Of a stretch of 64,000 bases of DNA, positions 20,072 through 28,615 are shown piece by piece. Positions within the stretch are counted from its first letter, which is position 1, and each line of letters starts with the position of its first letter. The position numbers and the translations under genes were made by a program. This DNA is from a bacterium (GTDB lineage: Bacteria; UBA10199; 2-02-FULL-50-16; JAJFLM01). The stretch lies in NCBI GenBank assembly GCA_965216315.1, contig CBDCFN010000016.1, forward strand, positions 2,112,001 to 2,176,000, written 5' to 3'. The notes under the pieces are model-generated. The model was not told the origin of the DNA. It did no database searches and saw only the letters and a program-made list of their open reading frames with translations.

Positions 20072-21025
20072 ATGCAACGATATATCCGGCTGACAACACT
20101 GACCGCACTCGTCATACTGTTCACGACTCCGGCGGGCCGGGCGGCGGACAAGCCCGGCAGCAAAGACCATCCGCTGGTTTCACGCTACGAAGGATCCGAG
20201 ATCATTGACTACAGTTACGAAGCCTTTGATGACTATCAGTTGTTGATCGGCCCGGCCAAGCAATCCGGCAAGGCCAAGAATCCGGAAGCTCTCAAGCCAC
20301 TGGAAGGCAAGGTCACCCAAGTCACGTATCGCGGGCCTGCCGACCGCTCGGCCCTGGAGATCTTTCGCAACTACGTTAATGAACTGAAAAAAAACGGTTT
20401 TACGGAACTCTTTAGCTGCGCCACGGATGCTTGCGGCGGCAATAGTTTCAGTTATACCGTCGTCACCACGACGCCGATGGTCGGAGTTTATCAGGACCAG
20501 CGTTACTTTGCCGGCCGCCTCAAACGCGACGCCGGCGACGTCTTTGTTTCCCTCTACATTAATCACAACAAGGCTAGCGGCAGCAAGCATGCCAACATTA
20601 AATTGGACGTCATCGAGGTCGCTCCGATGCAAACGGGCATGGTCACGGTCGACGCGGAGGCCATGGCCAAGGAGATTCTCAAAGAGGGGCACATTGCACT
20701 CTACGGCATCTACTTTGATACCGACAAGGCCGACATCAAACCCAAGTCAAAACCCACGCTCGATGAAATCAACAAACTGCTCACGACCAATCCCACATTA
20801 AAACTCGTCATTGTCGGCCACACGGATAATCAAGGCGGCTACGAGTACAACATGGATCTTTCTAAACGGCGTGCTCAGGCCGTACAGAATGCGTTGGTTT
20901 CCACCTACAAAGTAGGCGCCACACGTCTCCAGGCATGGGGCGCGGGTTACCTGGCCCCCGTCGCGTCCAACAAGAGCGAGGCCGGCCGCGCCAAAAACCG
21001 GCGGGTGGAGTTGGTGGAGCAATAA
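20072..21025 (+). CDS. OmpA family protein with DUF4892-like N-domain
   Basis: Signal peptide, DHPLVSRYEGS, GIYFDTDK, GHTD, NRRVE. Confidence 0.92.
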   Translation: MQRYIRLTTLTALVILFTTPAGRAADKPGSKDHPLVSRYEGSEIIDYSYEAFDDYQLLIGPAKQSGKAKNPEALKPLEGKVTQVTYRGPADRSALEIFRNYVNELKKNGFTELFSCATDACGGNSFSYTVVTTTPMVGVYQDQRYFAGRLKRDAGDVFVSLYINHNKASGSKHANIKLDVIEVAPMQTGMVTVDAEAMAKEILKEGHIALYGIYFDTDKADIKPKSKPTLDEINKLLTTNPTLKLVIVGHTDNQGGYEYNMDLSKRRAQAVQNALVSTYKVGATRLQAWGAGYLAPVASNKSEAGRAKNRRVELVEQ

Positions 21026-21162
21026 GGACAGGGCTCGCCGGCGCCATCCGCTTACGAAAAAAAGTTGAAGGCCCCTCACAATTTACTACTCATTTCGGCC
21101 GAAAACACATATGAGGACTCGCGGCTCATAAGGAGTCATTACATCACCTGAGGCAAAGCAAC

Positions 21163-23034
21163 ATGGTCAAACGTCTCGCTGTCAAGACCCTGGGTCCGGT
21201 GTCGGACCTGGAACGGCATCTTCCCGCCGAGTGGTGGAAAACACTCTTTACCTCCCTCTATATAAAGACCGATGGGGATGTCGTCGAAAACGACGAAAAC
21301 ACCGTAAGTGAAGTCGATCTCTTGATCACGGCATGCAAGCTCGAAAATGACATGTCTATTCTCGACCTGTGTTGCGGTCAGGGGCGCCATGTCTTGGAAC
21401 TGGCCCGCCGCGGGTTCAAGCATGTCATCGGCATCGACCGGTCGCGATACCTGACGCGACTCGCCCGCAAACGCGCCCAACAGCAGGGATTGCCGGTACA
21501 GTTTCGCGAAGGTGACGCGCGCCATGTCCGGCTGCCGCAAGATTCGATTGATGTCGTCTGCATGATGGGAAACTCCTTCGGTTATTTTGAACGGGAAGAA
21601 GACGACATTGCCGTGCTCAAGTCGGTTCGCAAAGTCTTAAAATCCAAGGGCCGTCTCGCATTGGATATCGCCGATGGCGAATGGCTGCGCAGCAACTATG
21701 AAAATCGTTCCTGGGAGTGGGTCGACGAAGACCATTTTGTGTGTCGCGAACGCTCCCTTTCCCAAGACAAAGGCCGGATCATTTCCCGGGAGGTCATTGT
21801 ACATGCCGAGCGTGGCGTCATCGCCGACCAATTCTACGCCGAACGCCTGTACGACCGGAAACAGATCACTTCGATCCTCGAAGAACTGGGATTCATGAAA
21901 ATCAGCGTCAACAAGAACGGAGACACTCACTCCACTCGCGGCCAGGATCTGGGCATGATGGCGCACCGGCTCTTTATTACGGCCACCGGTCCGTTCAAGG
22001 AAGCCATCCGTGCCAAAAAACCGGTGACGAAAAAAATCTGCGTGGTCATGGGCGATCCAAGCTTGCCCGACTCGGTTAAAATGAACGGCCACTTTAACAG
22101 CGAAGACATGCAGACGATTTCCAGACTGAAACAGGCCTTGGAACCGCTCGATCATTATCATTTCGATTATCTGGACTCACATGAGGATCTGCTGGCGCGG
22201 CTCCAAAAAAAGCGCCCGAGCCTGGTCTTTAATCTCTGCGATGAAGGCTTTAAAAACCTGGCGACCCAGGAATTGCACGTCCCCGCTCTGCTTGAAATGC
22301 TCAACATTCCCTACACGGGGGCGGGTCCGGCCAGCCTGGGCCTGTGCTATAACAAGGCGATCATCCGTTCGATCGCCAAGGAACTCGATGTGCCGGTACC
22401 GGACGAGACCTACTTTGATCCGTCCGATCAGGCCGCCAATATTCCGTCGATCTTTCCCGCGCTCCTCAAACCCGCATGGGGCGATAGTTCGGAAGGGATC
22501 ACGCAAAATTCCGTCGTGCATAACGCGCAGGAATTGATGAACTACCTGGATTATCTGCGGGATCATTATCCGAACCGGCCGATCCTGATTCAGGAGTACC
22601 TGAGTGGCACCGAATACAGTGTGGGGATCATCGGCAACATCGGCAATTATACCGTACTGCCGTTACTCGAGGTCAATTACTCCAAACTGCCGCCGGAGCT
22701 CCCGCCGATCCTCTCGTATGAATCTAAATGGGATCCGGACTCGCCGTACTGGACGGACATCAGCTACCTGGAAAGCCCGCTCGAAGAAGAGGCCAAACGC
22801 CGCTTGATCGATGATTCGATCAAACTCTTTGAACGCACCGGCTGTCGCGACTATGCCCGCTTCGATTTTCGCGCGGACGTCAACGGCACCATCAAATTAC
22901 TGGAAGTGAATCCGAATCCGGGCTGGTGCTGGGACGGCAAACTGAATCTGATGGCCGGCTTTCAAGGCATGTCGTACGGCGAATTGCTCGCAATGATCCT
23001 CCGCGCCGCCACCGATCGCATCGAAAGCAAATAA
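21163..23034 (+). CDS. SAM methyltransferase fused to a D-Ala-D-Ala ligase-like ATP-grasp domain
   Basis: LDLCCGQGRH, then VFNLCDEG, IPYTG, RDYARFDFR, LEVNPNPG. Confidence 0.9.
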   Translation: MVKRLAVKTLGPVSDLERHLPAEWWKTLFTSLYIKTDGDVVENDENTVSEVDLLITACKLENDMSILDLCCGQGRHVLELARRGFKHVIGIDRSRYLTRLARKRAQQQGLPVQFREGDARHVRLPQDSIDVVCMMGNSFGYFEREEDDIAVLKSVRKVLKSKGRLALDIADGEWLRSNYENRSWEWVDEDHFVCRERSLSQDKGRIISREVIVHAERGVIADQFYAERLYDRKQITSILEELGFMKISVNKNGDTHSTRGQDLGMMAHRLFITATGPFKEAIRAKKPVTKKICVVMGDPSLPDSVKMNGHFNSEDMQTISRLKQALEPLDHYHFDYLDSHEDLLARLQKKRPSLVFNLCDEGFKNLATQELHVPALLEMLNIPYTGAGPASLGLCYNKAIIRSIAKELDVPVPDETYFDPSDQAANIPSIFPALLKPAWGDSSEGITQNSVVHNAQELMNYLDYLRDHYPNRPILIQEYLSGTEYSVGIIGNIGNYTVLPLLEVNYSKLPPELPPILSYESKWDPDSPYWTDISYLESPLEEEAKRRLIDDSIKLFERTGCRDYARFDFRADVNGTIKLLEVNPNPGWCWDGKLNLMAGFQGMSYGELLAMILRAATDRIESK

Positions 23035-23070
23035 AGCACTTTTTCTCCGCACATTTTTCAGGGACAATTC

Positions 23071-24408
23071 ATGGTAATGCCCCGCTCCGGTTACGAGAAA
23101 AGACGCAAACTCAAACTCATCACGGCCGAAGGCATTTGTTTCAGCACAATGGTCGGTTCCGGGGAGACATATCTACCAGCCTTTGTGCTGGCACTCGGTC
23201 TCGGCGAAGTCTCGGCGGGATTGATCACCACGATTCCGATTGTCGCCGGGGCCTGTCTGCAACTGATCGCCCCCTACATGATCGCCCGTCTTCGGTCCTA
23301 TCGGCGCTGGATTATTTTGTGCACGACTTTACAGGCCTGTAGTTTTTTCCCTTTGATCTGGGGAGCCCTGATCGGAGTCATCAATATAGCGCTTCTCTTT
23401 GCCTGCGCGACACTGTACTGGGCGATGGGCTTGGCGACCGGCCCCGCATGGAACGCATGGATGGAGCGCATTGTGCCCCGGACCGTGCGCCGCAAGTTTT
23501 TTGCTCACCGCACCAGCTATATGCAGATCGCCCTGTTTGCCAGCCTGCTATTGAGCGGGTTGACTCTTCAATACGCCTCGAATCACCACCATGCTGTAAC
23601 GGCTTTTATTATCTTGTTCGGTATCGCCGCATCGGCCCGCCTCCTGTCATCCTATCTGCATTTTCGGATATCCGACAGTCCCTGGGATGAGGCCACGTAC
23701 CGGATAATTCCTTTCTCAGAAATGCTGAACCGCGTGGACCGCGCCAAGGAAATGCGTTTGCTGTTGTTTATCTTATGCATGCAAGCCGCGGTTTATACCG
23801 CAGCTCCGTTCTTCACGCCGTACATGCTACGGCATCTGAAGTTGACTTATGCGCAATTTGTCCTGTTGCTGGCTGCCGCCTTGTTAGCCAAGATAGTCAC
23901 GCTGTGGCTGCTGGGGCACTATGGTCGTAACATGAAGGCACCACGACTGTTAACCGTCGGCAGTTTCGGAATTATTCCCCTGCCCCTTCTTTGGCTGTTT
24001 TCCGAAAACATTTATTACCTGATGGGCCTGCAACTCCTGTCCGGTGGCATCTGGGCCTTCTTTGAGTTGGGGGCCCTTCTACTCACTTTTGAGACCATTC
24101 CCGAACGAGAACGAACCAGCGTGCTGACAGTGTTCAATCTGGGACATGCGATTGCCATGGTACTGGGTTCATTGTTCGGCGGTCTCTTATTGTCCGTATT
24201 TGCCTCACACACATTTGTTTACGGCATCATCTTTCTGGTTTCGACACTCGCACGCGTTATCGTGGTTGTCCTGCTGAAATGGGTCGGCAAAGTCCCGTTG
24301 AGTCCCGGCCCGGTGCAGATTCGCACCCTGGCAGTCCGTCCCTCGCAAGGTAGCATCGACCGACCCTTGATCATGACGGATGAACTAGATAATCCGGCCG
24401 CCGAATAA
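23071..24408 (+). CDS. MFS transporter
   Basis: About 12 hydrophobic segments, WNAWMERIVP..RRKFFA. Confidence 0.85.
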   Translation: MVMPRSGYEKRRKLKLITAEGICFSTMVGSGETYLPAFVLALGLGEVSAGLITTIPIVAGACLQLIAPYMIARLRSYRRWIILCTTLQACSFFPLIWGALIGVINIALLFACATLYWAMGLATGPAWNAWMERIVPRTVRRKFFAHRTSYMQIALFASLLLSGLTLQYASNHHHAVTAFIILFGIAASARLLSSYLHFRISDSPWDEATYRIIPFSEMLNRVDRAKEMRLLLFILCMQAAVYTAAPFFTPYMLRHLKLTYAQFVLLLAAALLAKIVTLWLLGHYGRNMKAPRLLTVGSFGIIPLPLLWLFSENIYYLMGLQLLSGGIWAFFELGALLLTFETIPERERTSVLTVFNLGHAIAMVLGSLFGGLLLSVFASHTFVYGIIFLVSTLARVIVVVLLKWVGKVPLSPGPVQIRTLAVRPSQGSIDRPLIMTDELDNPAAE

Positions 24409-24434
24409 GACGACACCCTCCGCGGTGCGAACGC

Positions 24435-24632
24435 CTAGTCGCGATGCGGCATCAACTTGTTCAGGGCGAAATAGACCGGGCAAAAGCCGGTGAAGACGCT
24501 GCTGATCAGGAGCGCCCCCACGATCACGGCCAACCAGAGCCACGCACCGCTCACATACATGCCCATCAACACGCTGAACAGGACAATCGCCCCGACGATG
24601 CCGTCATGAATCTGGGTCTTGTCTGCTTTCAT
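24435..24632 (-). CDS. DUF2892 (YgaP-like) small membrane protein
   Basis: Two TM segments and TGFCPVY. Confidence 0.85.
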   Translation of the reverse strand: MKADKTQIHDGIVGAIVLFSVLMGMYVSGAWLWLAVIVGALLISSVFTGFCPVYFALNKLMPHRD

Positions 24633-24687
24633 AACGTTCTCCTCCCCTGATATTGTAAGGCGTCACCACCGAAATGGCGAGCCTGAC

Positions 24688-25692
24688 TTAGATTTTGGCA
24701 TAAACCAGGGTCGGCGGCCCATCCGTCGGCGAGATGTCCACCTCTTTGAACTCGCAGGCATCCAACCAGCTCCGGTAATCGTCTTCACGATAAGAGGCGC
24801 CCTCAGGGGTATGCAACAACATGTTGCAGTTGAAGAGTAAGGAAAACGGATTGCCGGTCCGCGCGTTGTCCAGCACAAAATCGTTGATGACAAGGGTCCC
24901 GCCCGGCTTCAAGGCCCGCTTGATCCGCTTGTACATTTCAATATTGCCCGCCGGACTCAGTTGGTGGGCAATGTGCGAAAAAATGACGAAATCGTAGCGT
25001 CCCTCTCCCAAATCAGTCTCATTGAAGTCTCCATCCTGAGTCGAAAAACGCGCAGCGTGCCCCATTTTTTCCGCGTACTCGCGGGCAACCCGATTGACGT
25101 TGGCCCAGTCCAGCTGAGTCGCCTCAGCTTCGGGATTCTCCCCCAACCAGGTCAGCGAAAACATCCCCGACCCGCCCCCGATATCCAGGATGCGGCAGGC
25201 TCCCGCATCGGCAACCTTGAGCTCGGCCGCGGACTGTTGGGCGCAAGGCACGGTCAGCGGCGCGATCGCCCGCACCAAACCTTCCCAGAAACTATTTTCC
25301 TCGACCGCGGTCACGGCCTCCGCCGGCGCACCGGTCTTGACCGCCTCCGGCAACTGCAGCCAGTCCCCGACAAAATCCTTGTCGAGATGCACGCGGACAA
25401 AGTCCCCCAAATAGGTCGGTTGGCCCTTGACCAGAAACACCCGCCCATCGGGTGTATTGCGATAACTCCCCTGCTCGACCGCCAACAACTTGTAGCCGAC
25501 GAGGGCATCTACCAAGGCCTGCAGACCCCGCGGTGAAAGCCCCGCGCGTTCCGCCAACGCAGCGACGTCGAGACTTTCATCGCCAAGGTGCGTAAAGATT
25601 TCATGTTCCACCGCGGTCGCCAGGGCAAAAGACGCCCAGGCCCCGTGCGCAACGCTCAGAATTTGTCCGGGGTTTGCGGGTGAGTCACTCAT
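24688..25692 (-). CDS. O-methyltransferase with N-terminal dimerisation domain
   Basis: LDIGGGSG, wHTH-like N-terminus, SD AAGGAGG. Confidence 0.9.
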   Translation of the reverse strand: MSDSPANPGQILSVAHGAWASFALATAVEHEIFTHLGDESLDVAALAERAGLSPRGLQALVDALVGYKLLAVEQGSYRNTPDGRVFLVKGQPTYLGDFVRVHLDKDFVGDWLQLPEAVKTGAPAEAVTAVEENSFWEGLVRAIAPLTVPCAQQSAAELKVADAGACRILDIGGGSGMFSLTWLGENPEAEATQLDWANVNRVAREYAEKMGHAARFSTQDGDFNETDLGEGRYDFVIFSHIAHQLSPAGNIEMYKRIKRALKPGGTLVINDFVLDNARTGNPFSLLFNCNMLLHTPEGASYREDDYRSWLDACEFKEVDISPTDGPPTLVYAKI

Positions 25693-26031
25693 CAACTCCC
25701 TCCTTGTCGCTATCGACATGAATAATGATCAAGAACGAGCTACTGTATCCGACTCGCCGCCAAATTTGAAGTATTGTTTCCCGGCGGCTATCGCACCAAA
25801 CTCAATCCAGCGCGCCTTCGTCGCGAAAGCGTTCGTAGATGATGTCGTTTTCCTTCGCCATCAGGTCGCGCAGTTGCGCAAGCATGATCTCGGCCTCCGG
25901 ACGGACTTTTTCGAGCACCTTGTGCGCCCCGCCCTCGACCTCCTCGCCGAGGAAACTCACCTCTATCTTGAATGATAATGATGATTGAATGATTCTCCAG
26001 GCACCAGGCGCGAGACAATCTTCTTGCAAAG

Positions 26032-26277
26032 CTAACTCGCCATACGATGCAATAATTCGGAAATCAGGGTTTGATAAGGAACACCGTACTTTTTTGCCTT
26101 ACGCTTGATATTATCGAGATCTGTTTTATTGACACGAATATTGAGAACGGCGTCTTTCTTTCTCGCCTCAATCGATTTGGCAATAGCTTCAAATTCAGCC
26201 TCTCCGACATCTTTGAATTCACCTGCCAACAGATCATCTTCAATGGCTTTTTCTTTTTTACTCATTTTTTTCATCAT
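26032..26277 (-). CDS. BrnA/CopG-like antitoxin
   Basis: LNIRVNKTDL...GVPYQTLISELLH. Confidence 0.85.
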   Translation of the reverse strand: MMKKMSKKEKAIEDDLLAGEFKDVGEAEFEAIAKSIEARKKDAVLNIRVNKTDLDNIKRKAKKYGVPYQTLISELLHRMAS

Positions 26278-26531
26278 TACTTCTCTTCTTCATAAAGCTT
26301 TGTGCACTTCCGACTCGGAAATAACGTCTTCAGAAATATCTCATTTTCTGATTCTACAAATGGAACGACCCAAACGTAATCGCGATATTTAAAAAGCATG
26401 ATCTGCTGATTATTCTTCTTTGGGTGTCTTTTGACCGCGATCAACTCACTCTGAATCAACTCATCAAAAGAAACACCCCGCGTTCGCTTGAGCTCCTCAT
26501 TCTTTCTCAAGCTCCACCGTATCGCCTTCAC
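26277..26531 (-). CDS. BrnT-like toxin
   Basis: WSLRKNEELKRTRGVSF and FLKTLFPSRK. Confidence 0.85.
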   Translation of the reverse strand: MKAIRWSLRKNEELKRTRGVSFDELIQSELIAVKRHPKKNNQQIMLFKYRDYVWVVPFVESENEIFLKTLFPSRKCTKLYEEEK

Positions 26532-26909
26532 AGGCTGACCCTCATATTAGCGTAATACTTTTGTATATACAATAGCCGTGCTGAAGACCGTGACATACCC
26601 ACACGATCAAGCAAGCTACATGCCAGGATTAAATTGCTTTAAATTCAATGAGTTAGTTGATTGAAAGCTGAGCGGGGGTTTCATTTTGAGACGACTGGGA
26701 CTAACAGAGCGCCTCAGTTCCTCCGTCTTGAAGCTGTTTCTGATGATTCTTGAAAAAAATACTCTCAACCTGGAACGAAGTTCGAACCTGGTTCCAAGAT
26801 AATGCGTGACCGCGCAGCCACTTGCTGCAAAATGGGACGCCGAGTCTCAATATCGAACTCCCTGCGCCAACATCAGCTAATTATTTCGCTGAATTATAAG
26901 TATATTTTT

Positions 26910-26925
26910 TGGCATTTCATTTGCT
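26910..26925 (+). promoter_or_regulatory. sigma54 -24/-12 promoter
   Basis: TGGCAT-TTCAT-TTGCT. Confidence 0.65.
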
Positions 26926-26944
26926 TACTAGAAACTCAAAAATA

Positions 26945-27247
26945 ATGATTTCGTCACAGCAAATCGAACATTTAATTATCGTGCTCCGTGGCCAAACGGA
27001 ATGTGCCGATTCCAACTTGAAATTCCAAATTGGAATATCAAGTTCCGGTTGGGGAGGTCGCAGGACACCTCCCTATGCGTTTGCGGAACAAGGAGTCGCG
27101 ATGCTAATGATTCTCTCTCATGAAGAATTGACACGCAAAATTAGGCATCTGGAGAACAAATATGATTCGCAGTTTAAAGTCGTATTTGATGCCATCCGAC
27201 AGTTGATCGAGCCACCCAAAAAGCACAAGCAACGTCTTGGTTTCTAA
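26945..27247 (+). pseudogene. ORF6N-domain DNA-binding protein with internal in-frame deletions
   Basis: [11 protein letters not shown] / [27 protein letters not shown] / [20 protein letters not shown], with the usual intervening blocks missing. Confidence 0.7.
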
Positions 27248-27330
27248 TTTGATGGAATTTGCCCACGCTCGTCGAACCCACGGCTAACGCGGAGTTTCGA
27301 TTATCCCTGCCATCAAGATAATAAAACAAC

Positions 27331-27352
27331 AAAGCCCCCATAAGGGGGCTTT
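27331..27352 (-). terminator. rho-independent terminator after the tRNA
   Basis: AAAGCCCCC-ATAA-GGGGGCTTT. Confidence 0.75.
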
Positions 27353-27362
27353 CTGTTGCATG

Positions 27363-27433
27363 CTCGGGGGCAGGGATTCGAACCCCGATACTATGAGTCA
27401 GAGTCATATGTCCTACCGTTAGACGACCCCCGA
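27363..27433 (-). tRNA. tRNA-Gln(CTG), CCA not encoded
   Basis: Acceptor stem TCGGGGG/CCCCCGA, anticodon loop CTCTGAC, T-loop GGTTCGAATCC. Confidence 0.95.
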
Positions 27434-27698
27434 ATGAATCATGAGGGGGATTTCATCCCCCTCATCGCCATATTATTTACGACAATTACTGACGCGAGTA
27501 AAGTCCCGCCGAAAGCGCAGCTTCCGGCTTGATGGCTGCTCCCCCGGAATCAAACGAAATTCATACCTCCGTCTTGTTTTTGTTGTTTCTGTGCAGCAGA
27601 CATCCTCGGTGTTTCATTCTGGGACGCATCATCGCAAAATGAAATGCGTTGTTAGTCTCCGACTCAGCTAACCCATTGAATTCCATTGGGGATAAGTT

Positions 27699-27714
27699 TG
27701 GCATTGCTATGGCA
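27699..27714 (+). promoter_or_regulatory. sigma54-like promoter
   Basis: TGGCAT-TGCTA-TGGCA, IHF-like site about 20 nt upstream. Confidence 0.5.
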
Positions 27715-27741
27715 ATGTCAGTTCGGCACAAAGGAGTCTCC

Positions 27742-27981
27742 ATGTCACCATCCGAACCACACCCGTTAACCCTCAAGGAACTGGCTCAGTTCTTTGAGCA
27801 GAGTGTTGACCCGAAATTTTCCCAGCTCAAGACCGAGCTACAGGAATTACGCGGCTTCACGTCTCAGATCATCGGGCAACAAAAAGATTTGTATAAAAAA
27901 TACGAAGACTTGCATCTCGAATACGGAATTATTAAGCGGCAACTGGACCGGATCGAGACAAATAACGTTAAATCGTCATAA
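27742..27981 (+). CDS. small coiled-coil protein
   Basis: SD AAGGAG, heptad pattern. Confidence 0.7.
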   Translation: MSPSEPHPLTLKELAQFFEQSVDPKFSQLKTELQELRGFTSQIIGQQKDLYKKYEDLHLEYGIIKRQLDRIETNNVKSS

Positions 27982-27985
27982 TCAT

Positions 27986-28171
27986 TTACATCTGCGCATC
28001 TTTCGCCTCCTGCACCAACTCGGCAGTGATTTCGGAGACGCCCTTGGAGACCGCATATTTTTCGATTTTCTTTTTGACCATCTTGCGGACAAAGATAGGG
28101 ACCTTAGCCAGGCGCGCTTGCGCCTCCGGGGTCCAGGTTATTTCGGTGGGTTGAGTATTTTCCGTCGACAT
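27986..28171 (-). CDS. PCP_red-domain small protein
   Basis: WTPEAQARLAKVPIFVRKMVKKKIEKYA...IT. Confidence 0.85.
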   Translation of the reverse strand: MSTENTQPTEITWTPEAQARLAKVPIFVRKMVKKKIEKYAVSKGVSEITAELVQEAKDAQM

Positions 28172-28204
28172 CGCTGAATACTCCTTAATGGGTGATGATT
28201 CGCG

Positions 28205-28459
28205 TTATCCCGCCATCGCGGCCTTGAGTTCGCGCACCTCATTGCTATTACGATCAACTTTGATTTCCAAGCGATCCAGACGCCATTCAATCTTATCAAG
28301 GCGGCGGTCAAGGCGCTCACCCATGGCATTCATGTCAGTTCGTAGGACTTCAAGCTGGGAAGTGGAATGTTCTTGTGCCTCGGCTAGCAAACGGACCTGA
28401 CCCTGAATATCCTCCAGCAAGATTAAATAACGCTCAGCATTGGAACTATCGGACATCAT
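28205..28459 (-). CDS. small coiled-coil protein
   Basis: LLEDIQGQVRLLAE and RLDRRLDKIEWRLDRLE, SD AAGGAG. Confidence 0.75.
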   Translation of the reverse strand: MMSDSSNAERYLILLEDIQGQVRLLAEAQEHSTSQLEVLRTDMNAMGERLDRRLDKIEWRLDRLEIKVDRNSNEVRELKAAMAG

Positions 28460-28497
28460 GATTCTCCTTTCTTAAGTGAGCAAGAGAAGCATGTAAA

Positions 28498-28513
28498 AGC
28501 AAAAACGATGCCA
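28498..28513 (-). promoter_or_regulatory. sigma54 -24/-12 promoter
   Basis: TGGCAT-CGTTT-TTGCT. Confidence 0.65.
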
Positions 28514-28615
28514 AGCGCATTTTTTTGCTAAGTGGCTGAAAAGAGGTGTTCTAACGTTGTGGATAAATAAATGTGCGTCGCAAACTGAAACGGCAGCGTA
28601 TCATTATGGGCCGAT

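Noticed and set aside
21079..21105. GCCGAAAA as a sigma28 -10 upstream of the MTase-ligase gene
   Set aside because: Mismatched -10 and poor -35.
25802..26029. 75-aa ORF downstream of the TA pair
   Set aside because: No credible start, SD or family motif. Possibly a gene fragment.
26590..26880. Possible ncRNA in the intergenic region (short AACCTGG repeats)
   Set aside because: No recognisable RNA family or convincing extended structure.
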